Source: Pristiophorus japonicus
Lineage: Eukaryota
Direction of reading: 5' to 3'
Length of the DNA stretch: 64,000 nucleotides
Assembly: GCF_044704955.1 (NCBI RefSeq)
Contig: NC_092001.1
Coordinates: 19,654,001 to 19,718,000, forward strand
Shown here: in pieces, positions 24,961 through 37,167 of the stretch
Numbering within the stretch: the first letter of the stretch is position 1
How the letters are laid out: each line of letters opens with the position of its first letter
Translations under genes and position numbers: made by a program
The notes under the pieces: model-generated
The model's input: the letters and a program-made list of their open reading frames with translations, nothing else
Told to the model about the DNA's origin: nothing
Databases searched by the model: none

Positions 24961-25229
24961 GAGAGATTCCCATCGTTGAATTGTTGCATCCGTCGCCTGA
25001 CGTCACCTGGCGTCTCACGCTGAAAACATTTACACAGAGCGGGGAAGAATGCGTGCAAAAGTGATTGCGTGTGTTTTTGTGAAAGTTCACGCTTTCACAT
25101 AAGCACACAGAGACTTACACATAAACACGCACATAGACACACTTACATAGGATATTACACATGCCCAGAATATAATACATACCGTCATTGTCTGAACCAG
25201 TTATTAGTACTCTCTGAAAGTTTGAATGA

Positions 25230-25720
25230 CTGCAAAAATACACACACACACCCTTACACTAAACAGACAAAAACACACGCATTAACAAACACACACACAC
25301 ACGCACACACACATGCACTTACACTCGCATAAACACACACATTAACACAATCCCACTGACGCATAACACACATACACACATTTACATGCGAACACACACA
25401 TTTACATATAAGCGCACACATGCTTATCCCTAAACATACACAACACTTACACATAACCATACACACACACATGAAAAACACACACATGAACGTACTTATA
25501 CAAAACACACATATTTAAACATAAATACACAACATTTCATATAAACACACGAAGACCTACAAGTAAACGTACACAAGCGTACGAAAATAAACACACACTT
25601 ATACATAAATATAGATGCATAGAATCGCACATTAACACCCGCAAACTTGCATATCAACATTACATTAACATACATCAACACACAAACACAGATTAAACCA
25701 GAACAAGTGATCGTCATGCA
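25230..25720 (+). repeat. Degenerate (CA)n-rich low-complexity tract
   Basis: acacacac/ataca runs. Confidence 0.85.
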
Positions 25721-26372
25721 CATATATGTAAACACTAAAGTGCACAAAATACATCAGGCTATCGATGAATATAGAATTAAAATACACTCTTGGAACAGTC
25801 TCCCAACCATTATATTAAATAATTCATTTCTGATGTCATAATATCTCACATTCCTCTATTCTGGTCCTACATACACACAGAATTAACGTTCTTAGTTGGA
25901 AACTGATGCAAGTTATTATGTTCAGAACATTGACCTTCACAACCTAATCAAGATTATAACTCACATCCGACGTCTTACCCTGCCCCCTTGACAGTCTCCA
26001 AATAATTAGATAGCTAAAACTATTGTTAAAATAATCGGTATCGCTCAGTAAACCTCCCTCGATATTACATCATACTATTCCCGATCGGTAAATCCTATGA
26101 AATTGATACAAAATCAATGAGCATGTGACATTGAAGGAAAACTGTCAAATTTTCCAACACGGACTGCAGGAGGATCATAAATGAAGAGCGACTGTGGAAT
26201 TAGGAACACAGATAGATTGTTGGGAGTGATTAACTTAACACAGGGCATACATTGAACATCAAATTAGAGAACAAACTAATAACCTAAGGAAATAAAATAG
26301 AATATATAACAATAATACGATATTTTGGATTAGCAAACGATCTGAATATTTTCCTCCTCTACATCTCCGCAG

Positions 26373-26500
26373 ATTCCTCAGATGACATCTGGGATGAAGA
26401 CTACGAGGGCCAGAGCGGCAACATCTGGACAACCGCTTCCACATTCATCATCCTGTTCTTCCTGAGCATGTTCTACAGCGCTGCCGTCACTCTGGTGAAG
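26373..26500 (+). CDS. IGHM: Ig mu transmembrane exon TM1 ([43 protein letters not shown])
   Basis: Acceptor ccgcag, donor GTGAGA at 26501; acidic spacer plus the conserved antigen-receptor TM motif; in phase with the internal Cmu4 donor. Confidence 0.96.
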
Positions 26501-26638
26501 GTGAGAAGATTCAGTGCATTCGCTTCGAGCTGACTGAAGCGGTTTGCCAAATCTCTGAACGTTCCATTGATAAAAACCCTGAGATAAATGCCCCAAAGCA
26601 CTAAATCCCTGCTTCAATCTTTTATCCCTCTTTTACAG

Positions 26639-26647
26639 GTCAAGTGA
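26639..26647 (+). CDS. IGHM: Ig mu TM2 exon (VK*), completing the KVK cytoplasmic tail
   Basis: ttttacag|GTC AAG TGA; downstream AATAAA at 26711-26716 and 27060-27065. Confidence 0.93.
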   Translation, partial: VK

Positions 26648-27449
26648 TCGGCTGGATCTCGGCCGCCGTGGATTTTCCTCATCTGGTTATTAACATCATT
26701 GTGTCCTTAAAATAAAATAGGTTCTCTTGATGATTCCAAGATTCAATTGACTTCAGTTTTTTCCTCTCTGTGTTTGAGAAGTGAGATATTCGTGGCTATA
26801 ATGTAAATGTATCTCTGAGTTTCATAATTGTTTGAATATCTCATGTGTAACGAAGTCACTTTTCTCATTCATGATTCACAATTATTCCCTTCCCTTTATG
26901 TTGAACTGTTTCTCTCTCCCTGGTGTCTTTTGCAGTTGTACAGATAGCTGGCCGCTCAGGTCGTGTGTGTTCCAGGCTCAATGTGACGCTCATTTGTTAT
27001 AATCAATTTGTGTTAACATTTTAAAAACGTCTCTGTTAATTGTTCTATGTGAAATCGTTAATAAATCATGAATGATAAATGGAAAATATTGGACTTTGTT
27101 TCGTTCCATTCTATAAGGCTCATTTTATTGTTCCCTTTCCCTATCATACTTTGTTTTATTCACCTGAGAGTTATTCATCACCCGTCCGGTCTGAGTTGTG
27201 TTTGAATCCAAGTCCCTTCGGTGAAGGAGCCGCTGCGCCACCTAGTGTCCTATCATTGTGACGACACAATACCCCCAGCTTTTTTACGTTGTGCTGCAGA
27301 GGCGAAATGACTGCACAGCGAACAGGCGTATCATGCAGTCTCTTTTAATATTATGGTCCTTCACGTGCCAGGTTATGTTAAAGAGAAATACTCTGATGCA
27401 TCAACGTCTGATAGATTATAGTACGTGTCAGAGTAAATCGCCTTTTAAA

Positions 27450-28030
27450 CTGTCCCAACAAACACTCCCAGGGCTGGTGCTGCACTGGTTAAATAGACAG
27501 TAAAGCTCCGTCTGCAATGTCCCATCAAACACTCCCAGGGCAGACACTGCACAGATGAGACCCAGAGTAAAGCTCCCTCTACACTGTACCATCAAACACT
27601 CCCAGAGCAGGTGCAGCACTGGTTAAACACAGTGAAAAGCTCCTTCTACACTTTCCCGTGAAACGCTCCCAAGGCAAGTACAGCACGGGATAGATACAAA
27701 TTAAAGCTCTCTCTGCACTATCCCATCAAACACTCCCAGGGCAGGTACAGCACGGGTTAGTTCCAGAATACGTCTCCGGCTTCACTGTCCCATCAAATAC
27801 TCCAAGGGCAGGTACAGAACGGCTTAGATACAGAGTAAAGCTCCCTCAACACTGTCCCGTCAAACACTCCCGGAGCAGGTGCAGCATGGGTTAGATACAG
27901 AGAGTACAGTCCCATCAACAATGTACCAACACACTCCCAGGGCAGGTACAGCACGGGTTAGATACAGAGCAAAACACAATCTACACAGTTCCATCACCCA
28001 ATGCAAGGGCAGCTACAGCACGGATTAGAT
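27450..28030 (-). repeat. Minisatellite of the same family as 13765-14640, inverted
   Basis: tgtcccatcaaacactcccagggcaggtacagcacgggttagatacagagtaaagctccctctacac units. Confidence 0.9.
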
Positions 28031-28288
28031 TTGGCAGAGAAAGTCCGTGGAGCTCAAACTCTGGGAGTGATACCTAAAGCCTGGGGCCTATGTGACAAAC
28101 AGACAGTCGTTCCGTTTTTACTGTACACACACAGAAGGCAAAGAAATTGACGAAAGTTGGAGAGACTTTATTGGAGAGAGAGGTTCGGGATCACGCAGCG
28201 TCTGCAGGTACATTTGCAGCCTTCTGCCCAGTGAGCACCGCAATATACAGGCAATGTGATAGGCGGGAAAATTGAAATGTGATGTAAG

Positions 28289-28500
28289 ACTAGTGTATGG
28301 AGAAAGAATCAGACTGAACACTGTGAGCTCAAAGTAAAGTGTGACATTAGTCTTTTATTGCAGGTCTCTAGACTGCCTCTCCAACCTGTGAAGCCTTCTG
28401 AAATATCTGTGCTCCCATGGGATTATGGGATCCCATGGCACTCCGGGAAATGCGCCTAATGGTGGCTGCACAGTGTAAATACAAGCCCACATATATAACA
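28289..28500 (-). repeat. Gypsy 3' LTR
   Basis: Direct repeat of 32640-32851, ~29 mismatches in ~207 bp by hand count. Confidence 0.9.
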
Positions 28501-31500
28501 ACATTCCCCCCCATAGTATAACTATTGACAATGGGAGTCGATCTGGGGCCCTTGTTCTCCTGGTTGATCATCTCGGTGTGAAAGCTGGTGTAGTTGAATC
28601 ATTTGTTGGGCGCTCGCCGGGCTGCTGTGCAGCTGGCCTTGCTGGGCTGCCTGGTGTGTTGGGCCCTGCAGGGCTGCTGTGGATGATGGGTTCTGCTTCA
28701 TGGTCAACGTGGTGTCATTTCCCACTGGTGTGTGTGTTGGTGGATCAAAAAAGCTAGGGTCCAATGTGGGTTGCTCAGGGTAGTCCGCGAATCTGTGTTT
28801 GATTTGGTCCAAGTGTTTCCGGTAAATGAGTGCATTTGAAAGTTTGACCCGACACACCCTGCTCCCCTCTTTGGCCATGACAGTGCCGGGAAGCCACTTG
28901 GGACCTGGTCCATAATTTAATACAAATACAGGATCATTGAATTCAATCTCGCGTGACACATTTGTGCTGTCATGGCGCGCACTTTGTTGAAGCTGCCTGC
29001 TCTCTACCATTTCATGTATTTCAGTGTGTACTAACAAGAGCCTTATCTTAAGTGCTCTTTTCATGAGCTGTTCAGCGGGTGGGATCCCAGTGAGCGAGCA
29101 GGGTCTCGTGCGGTAGCTAAGCAGGACTCGGGATAAGCGAGTCTGGGGTGAGCATTCAGTTACCCTTTTCAAGACTTGCTTGATGGTTTGCATTGCTCTC
29201 TATGCCTGACCATTGGACGCTGGTTGAAGCGGTGCAGTTTTGACATGCTTGATCCCGTTGAGGTTCATGAATTCTATGAACTCAGCATTGGGAAAACATG
29301 GCCCGTTGTCGTTCAACAGAACATCGGGTAAGCTGTGTGTGGCAAACATGTCCCGCAGGCTTTCAGTGGTGGCCGCAGACTTGCTAGCCGACATTATCTC
29401 ACATTCAATCCACTTGGAGTACGCGTCTACAACCACAAGGAACATTTTACCAAGCATGGGCCGGCATAGTCGGCGTATACCCTAGCCAAGACCTTAAACT
29501 TAGAGGCGCCTCCCAGGGTACATTGCTTAACTGCGAGCATGCGTTACATCTGTGAATGCAGGACTCTAAGTCCGCATCGATACCGGGCCACCACACGTGT
29601 GATCTGCCTATCACTTTCATCATTACGATGCCTGTGCGGGTAGTTGGAGGTAATTGATGAAGGTGCCTCTGCCCTTCTGTGGAACACTACTCGATTGCCT
29701 CACAGCAGGAAGCCTGCCTATATAGACATTTCATCTTTGCGCCACTGGAATGGCTTTATATTTTCCTGCATTTCCACTGGGACACTGGATCAACTCTCGT
29801 GAAGCACACAGCTTTTGACTAAGGATATAATGGGTCCTGCTTGTCCTGTGATGGGTGATTGCTCATTCTCAAATGCTTCTATAACCTTGGCTAGATCTGC
29901 AGGCCGCCCCATTTCCACCCCCTTGGTGGGCAATGGCAGCCTACTGAGAGCATCGGCGCAGTTTTCTGTGGCTGGCCTGTAACGGATGGCGTGGTTGGAT
30001 GCGGACATCATGAACGGCCATCTCTGGATGCGGGCCGATGCATTTGTATTTATCCCTTTACTCTCGGAAAACTGGGAGATAATTGGCTTATGTTCAGTTT
30101 CTAATTCGAATTTTAGCCCAAGCAGGTATTGATCCATATTCTTTACCCCATAGACACACGCTAACACTTCGTTTCCAGTCATGCTGCAGACAGACCCCTT
30201 AGACAGACTCCTGGATGCATAAACCATCGGTTGCAGTTTCCTGAAATCATTAGCTTGTTGCAATACACACCCGACACCGTGTGACGACGCATAAAACGTT
30301 TACATGGATCATACAACACAGGCAATTTGTTCGAGCATCACAAGTTTCTCGCTTTTACAAAGGCACTTTTTTGGATTTTGCCCCAAACCCATTCGCCCCC
30401 TTTTCTAGTAAGACATGGAGTGCTTCTAGCAGGGTGCTAAGACCCGGTAAGAAGTTACCAAAGAAATTCAAGAGTCCCAGGAATGACCGCAGCTCCGCCA
30501 CGTTCTGTGGCCGAGGTGCGTTCTCCATTGCCTCCGTCTTCGATTTGGTGGGTCTGATGCCGTCGGCCGCATTCCTCCTTGCAAAGAAGTCCACTTCAGG
30601 CGGCAGGAAAACGCACTTTGAGCGATTTAAGGTGAGCCCCATGCGGTTGAGTCGACTAAGAACCTCCTCCAGATTCTGCAGATGCTCGACTGTGTTCCGA
30701 CCTGTGGACAAGTTGCCGTCCTTGAAGATCATGGTATGCGGGACCGACTTCAGTAAACTTTGTATGTTTCTCTGGAATATCGTCGCCACCGATCGGATTC
30801 CAAACGGGCATCTGTTATAAACAAAAACACTTTTGTGCGTGTTGATGCCAGTGAGGGCCTTCGATGATTTCTCCAGTTCCTACCTCATGTATGCTGAGGT
30901 CAGATCCCGCTTCGTGAACGCCTTTCCTCGCGTCAGCGTTGCAAAGAGGTCGTCGGCTTTTGGAAGTCGGTATTGACCCTGCAGGGAGAAACGATTGATA
31001 GTTACTTTGTAATCGCCACAGATTCTGACGTTGTCGTCTCCCTTGAGGACTGCAACTCTCTCGCCTTCGATCTCTCTCTCGTCTTCTCTCTCTCTCTCTC
31101 TGTTTCTCTCTCTCTCTCACTCTCTTGATCGGTGAGAAGAAGCCCTCGCTTTGAAGCTTGTCGAGCTCGATTTCTACCCTTTTCTCTCATCATGTTCAGT
31201 ACTGCTTTCACCTTGTGATGGATGGGTCGTGCCCCCGGAATTAGGTGGATCTGCACTTTTACTCCTTGGTATTTCCCGATGCCTGATTCGAACAGCGAAG
31301 GAAATTTGTTTAAGACCTGTGCCCATGGAGTGCAGTCAGCGGGCGATCGCGCTCAGATGTTGTCCCAGTTCCAGCGTATCTTTCCCAGCCAGCTCCTGCC
31401 GAGCAGCATGGGACCATCGCCCGGTAACAAGCAGAGTGGTAGCTTGTGCACCGCTCCATCGTAGCAGACCTTTATGGTAGCACTGCCTATTACAGGAATC

Positions 31501-32639
31501 AGTTCTTTCGTGTAAGTTCTTAGTTTCGTGCGAACTGGAGTTTTGACTGGGCTTGAGGCCACGTTGCACCACAAAATTTCGAAAGTCTTTTCGCCCATGA
31601 TGGACTGGCTCACCCATGTGTCCAGCTCCATTGACACCGGGAGTCCATTTAGTTCAACAAGGTCAACATTCAGCATTATCGGTGGACAATTCGTGGTGAA
31701 TGTTTGCACTGCATGTATCTCTGCCGCCTCGGTCTGAGGCTCTGGTTCATCGTGATCCTCTATGGATATGTTCTCCTCTGCAACATGGTGGTTTGCAGGT
31801 TGAAGAAGTTTTGCAGCTTGCCTGCACACTCGTTGGAGATGTCCCATTGTTGCACAGCCCTTGTAAACGTACTCTTTGAATCGGCATGAATGGAATCGAT
31901 GACTACCTCCTCAGCGCCAACAAGGTGTTAATGGCCTTGCCTTCATCATCCTTGATGATCGACTTTGAGTCATCTGCGGACGTGCAGCTGCAGGTTTGTT
32001 TGACCTGCCCTGTACATTATGATTCAAAAACAACATCAATTTGTTCACAGTACTTGTAGCAGCACTTGTGTGTTGAGAGATTTGCTTCGTATTGTCACTG
32101 ATGGCAATGTACGCCTGGGTTATCGCTGTAGCCTTACTCAAGGTTGGGGTCTCTACAGTCAAAAGTTTGCGAAGTATAGTCTCGTGGCCAATGTAAATTA
32201 TGTAAAAGTCTCAGATCATATGCTCCAAATGTCCTTCAAATTCGCAATGTCCAGCAAGGCTACTTAGCTCGGCGAAATAACACGCCATTTCCTGGCCTTC
32301 AGACCTTTTGCAGTTATAGAGCCGGTAGCTCGCCATCAGAACGCTTTCCTTCGCGTTCAAATGCTCTCGGACCAGTGTGCACAAATCGTCGTACGATTTC
32401 TCTGTGGGTTTCGCTGGAGAAAGCAGATTCTTAATGAGGCCATACGTTGGTGCCCCACAGACGGTGAGGAGGATCGCCCTTCATTTGGCAGTGCTCTCTT
32501 CCCCATTCAGCTCGTTGGCCACGATGTATTGGTCGACTCGTTCCACAAATGTTTCCCAAACTTCTCCCTCCGAGAATTTCTCCAGGATGCCCACTGTTCT
32601 CTGCATCTTTGGGTTCGCTGTTTGTATCTTGTGGCCAGT

Positions 32640-32851
32640 TGTTGTGTATGGAGAAAGCGTCAGACTGAACACTGTGAGCTCAAAGTAAAGTGTGACCTTT
32701 GTCTTTTATTGCAGGTCTCCAGAGTGACTATCCAACCTGTGAAGCCTCCTTAAATACGTGTGACCCCAAGGGATTATGGGATCCCTTGGGACTCCAGGGG
32801 ATGAGCCCTCTGGTGGCTGTACAGAGTAAATACAAGCGCACCTATTTAACA
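32640..32851 (-). repeat. Gypsy 5' LTR
   Basis: TG...CA ends, adjacent to the PBS, AATAAA on the minus strand. Confidence 0.9.
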
Positions 32852-33214
32852 CTCTCGATATTCAGTAAGACAAGGAATTAGCTAGAATCTTACAACCATA
32901 AATCTCTTTGTTCCCATGGTCTATTGAAAGTTTTACCATTTATTGTACATTTCCTCCCTTTACTTTCCTCCCAAAATCTATCGCAGCACATTTCTCTGCA
33001 TTACATTTAATTTCACATCTACCAGCTCCAATTACTAACCTATGTATTGACAATGAAAGCACTTAAACTCCACTTCACAGTTGGCCATGGGACCTTTCTG
33101 GCGTTCCTAGAGATTTCAATCACGTGCCCCATATACCCAAGCCCAGATCATTTCTCTGTGATGGGCGGCACTGTGAGGAGTGGCGCTGTGAGGGGCGGCC
33201 CTGTGAGAGAATAG

Positions 33215-33960
33215 CCTAACTCCCAGGCCTTAGCCTAAACCTGAAGCAAATCCTAGTTCCCAGACTGTAACAATAAACCCTAAAGTAATCCTAAACATGA
33301 ACAGAGAAACTGATACCAAAAAAGAAGTAACCAGAACATAAAGAATCATATTCTTAATTAAAATAATTTAAAATAATGAAAATAACTGACCCGAACTCCA
33401 GACCCTATCCCTCATAAACCTATAGGTAAAATTTGGAAACACAGACCCCAGCCACAAAACCAAACACTAACCCAGGACCATAAAAGTAACTCGAGCCCCA
33501 AGAAATAATTTTTCCAGACTCCAGCCCCAAAACCTAGTTCGGCCCCAACTCTCTAAGAACGAACTCAAAGCAGAAGTTTAAAATCTAGCCCCCAGCCCCA
33601 AATCCTAACCCTAAAACTAAATCCTAACCCTCAGAAACCTAAACCCAAAACTTGTAAACACAGACTCCTACCCCAAAATCAAACCCTAACCCAAGACCCG
33701 AACCTCCCTAAAATCTAACACTAACATAAAACATAACAGTGCAGACCACAACCCAAAAACCCCAACCCTTACTCTGGATCCTAAACCCTTGAAACCGAAC
33801 CCTAACCTAATGCTGCACGGCCCAAACCACTGCTTCCAAACTCAGTCCTAACCCCAGACGCTAGATCCCAAGACTGAACCCGAACCTAAAATATATTAAT
33901 GCAGAACCTAACCCCAAGTCATATCTCTAAATGCCCCTAATTCTACCCCAGCCCTTATCT
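33215..33960 (+). repeat. Highly degenerate (CCCTAA)-like low-complexity tract
   Basis: Recurrent cctaaccc/accctaa/acccgaa words with strong C/A skew. Confidence 0.6.
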
Positions 33961-34665
33961 CCTCCTCATGGAAACAGGAACTAAACAGAAATGTGTGTAA
34001 AACAGAGTCCCAAGCCGCCCACCCCCGAGTAGACCAGGAATCAGAAGGGCCCACAAAAATCGGGTACAATAGATGACACAGCGAACCAAACCAGGAATAA
34101 AACAAAAGACTGGACTGAACGAAGAGAGTTATAACAAAAACAGAACAGAACTAACCCGCAAACTATAACAAAACCAAAAAAAGTACAAAACAAAAAAAAT
34201 TTACAAATGTTTTAAAAATGATTTACTAAAATCAAAAAACATTTTTAAGGAAGTAAGGGGAAAATGGGATAGAAAAAATTTAAAAGAGAGAAACAAACTG
34301 TCAGAAATCAAAACATTAGACCCCCCACTAAAAATCCCAACCCTGAACCACGGGCATTCAAACAGGTGACGCATCACACACTACACACAAACATGAACAA
34401 AAAGGGGGCGAAACTCCACATTTGTACCTAACAATCAGTGAGGACCACTGATCACACAGACTCAACACAAAAACAAGAACCATAATTCCAGACATAGCTC
34501 AGGATTAATACCTTATCACTGAGAGGGAGGAGGTTTAAATCATTTCTTTCCCACCTCCCAAACCTTCTCGTTCAGACTGATCTAAACTCTCCATAACCTC
34601 TCACTGTAAGTTTCTCGATCTGATACCCTCTGACCCTTGAGCCCCACGACCCGCTTGCTTTTCCT

Positions 34666-34705
34666 GGTCTCTGATGAAGCTCCAGTAAGGGCGAAACGTT
34701 AGACC
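34666..34705 (+). ncRNA. Minimal type I hammerhead ribozyme motif, Penelope-like-element style
   Basis: GGUCU-CUGAUGA-A-GCUC-CAGUAA-GGGC-GAAA-C-GU-U-AGACC: stem I GGUCU/AGACC, stem II GCUC/GGGC, palindromic ACGU stem III, cleavage triplet GUU. Confidence 0.7.
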
Positions 34706-35044
34706 TCTCGACTATAATTAGCCATCAAGACGATGGATCATGAAATGAGGGTAAACACCACACCCCCCCACCAAAAAACCCACCTTACCTTTATCCCCTA
34801 ACCCTTGGGAGACTTCTCCCTCATTCTCTCCACACTTCCAACCCACCGTGTCGGTCTTTTTCTTGAAAAAGAAAGACTCTCTCTCATTTCCCTTCTGAAC
34901 AAAAGATGTTCTCCATACCAGCTCTAATTGGACTGCTATTTAGAACTCGTTGGATAAGTGTTTCTCTGCTCCTCGTCGCCCGCTACACAACAGAAAACTA
35001 TTGCCATCGAACCACTACCTACACACACACCTCGAGGGTCTCCT

Positions 35045-35410
35045 CGAGTCTCGTCGCCGAGAGCATGCGAAAGTCTAGCGTAGGCAGCGGAAGGAGCTCG
35101 CGTCAAACCTGTGCCACCCTCCCTTACACTCACCGATTGACTGAACCATCCGTGACAGGGACTGTGATTCTCGTATTGCACTGTTCCTCATAGGCAGTCC
35201 CTCGAAATCGAGCAAGATTTGCATTCATTCGTAAAATGAGTCCTTAGGTGACTGAACAGTCCAATACGAGAACCACAGTCCTTGTCACAGGTGGAACAGA
35301 CAGTGGTTTAGGGAAAGAGTGGGTGGGACTGGTTTGCCACACGCTCCTTCCGCTGCCTGCGTTTGATTTCAGCATGCTCTCGGCGACGAGACTCGAGGTG
35401 CTCAGCGCCC
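35045..35410. mobile_element. Two RTE-clade LINE 3' fragments in inverted arrangement (+ 35045-35187; - 35188-35410)
   Basis: Minus strand reads EHLESRRREHAEIKRRQRKER then CSTCDKDCGSRIGLFSHLRTH-like, typical of RTE C-termini; mirrored on the plus strand. Confidence 0.7.
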
Positions 35411-37065
35411 CCCGACACACACAGGATAACCGAGACACCCCGCACACAAAACCTACCGGATCCCTCCCATACAAGCTTAACCGAGACCCCCTCCTCCACA
35501 CACACCCATAACCGAACCGTGACCACCCTTCCCACACACAACCCAACCGAGACCCCCCCAAACACAACCTAAACGAGACTCGACCCCCGACACACACAAC
35601 ATAACCGTGACACCCCCACACACAAAACCTAACCGAGTCCCTTCCATACAACCTATTCGAGACCTCCCCCCACACAAACACACACAACACAAGCGTGCCC
35701 ACTCTTCCCACTCACAACCTAACCGAGACCCGCACACACAACATAACCGTGACCCCCACCACACACACAACCTAACCGAGATCTCCACACACACAACCTA
35801 ACCGTGACCCCCAGCATCCAGACGACCTAACCGAGACCCGCCAAACACATAACGTAACCGAGAACCCCCAAACACACAACCTAACCGAGACGACCACCAC
35901 ACAACTTAATAGAGACTCCGCCACACATAACCTAACTAAGACACCACCCCCACAGGCAACCCAACTGAGCCTCCCCCAACACACAACTTAAACCAGACCA
36001 TCCCCACACACAACCAAACCGAGATCCACTGACACACACAACTTAACCGAGACCCCCCACACACAAACTAACCGAGACCCCCCAAAACACAAACTAACCG
36101 AGACCCCCCAAAACCCAACCGAACCGAGACCCCCCAAAACCCAACCGAACCGAGACCCCCCCCACACACACAACCTTACCGTGACCCCCTACACGCAACC
36201 TAACCGAGACTCCCCCCCACATACAAACTAACCGTGAACCCCACGCTCAAACTAACCGAGACCCCCCAACACAACCAGCCTAACCGAGACATCCCACACA
36301 CACACAACCTAACCGAGACACCCCCACACACAACCGAAACGAGACCCCCCTCCCCAACACACAAACCCTAACCGAGACCCCCGTGCATGCACAATCTAAC
36401 CGAGCCCCCCGCACAGACAACCAAACCGTGGCCCCCACCCCCCGCATAGACAACCTAACCGTGACCACTCCCCACACACACAACCTAACCGAGACCGCCC
36501 CACACACACAACCTAACCGAGACCCCGCCCACAAAGAAACAAATTGAGATCTTCCACACACACAACCTAACCGAGACTCCCCCACACAATCTACCGGAGA
36601 GCCCCACACACACAACCTAACCGTGACCCACACACACACACAACCTAACCGTGACCCCCCCACACACAACCTAACCGTGACCCCCCCCACACACAACCTA
36701 ACCGTGACCCACCCACACACAGAACCCAACCGTGAAACCCCCCCACACATAGCCTAACCGAGACCCCACCCCCGCTACACACACAACCTAACTGATAACA
36801 CCCCCATCTTCACAACCTAACCTGAGCTGCCCCACACATAACCTAACCGAGCACCCCCACACAACCTAACCGCGACACCCCGCACACACACACAACCTAA
36901 CCAAGACGCACCCACACACACAAACTAACCGAGACCCCCCACAAAACCTAAGCGAGACCCCCACACACACAACCTAAACGAGACAACCCCACACAATCTT
37001 ACCGATACCCCCCACACACAAGGTATCACAGAGCACCCCACTCCCGCACACAACCTATCCGAAAT
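35411..37065 (+). repeat. ~27-30 bp satellite (acacacaacctaaccgagacccccc)
   Basis: Dozens of tandem units with variable C and CA runs. Confidence 0.93.
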
Positions 37066-37167
37066 CCCACAGCAAGGTCCATTTGCACATAATCAAAAAT
37101 ATATTTTCTTTAAAAAAAAATCAAATCGGTGATCTCAGCAAAACAAAAGGCCCCAACAAACGGAGGT

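Larger units (their letters stand above)
8710..26647 (+). other. IGHM: Complete unrearranged shark cluster-type IgH locus: L-V-D1-D2-J-Cmu1-4(sec)-TM1-TM2
   Basis: All segments, RSSs and phase-compatible GT-AG junctions identified by hand. Confidence 0.97.
28289..32851 (-). mobile_element. Full-length decayed Ty3/Gypsy LTR retrotransposon (LTR-PBS-gag-PR-RT-RH-IN-PPT-LTR)
   Basis: ~210-bp direct repeats at 28289-28500 and 32640-32851; PBS-like TGGCCACAAG inside the 5' LTR; polypurine tract at ~28501-28513; gag (WETFVERVDQYIVAN), Zn knuckle remnant, protease (MELDT), RT (EHLQNLEEVL, LRSFLGL), RNase H (NCADALSRLP), integrase (FLVVVDAYSKW, DNGPCF); many stops and frameshifts. Confidence 0.95.

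Noticed and set aside
8710-26647. IgNAR, IgM1gj (germline-joined) or a full IgW locus
   Set aside because: V, D and J are unrearranged with RSSs; a CH1 with the light-chain cysteine and all four mu domains are present; the C exons, tailpiece and TM are mu-type
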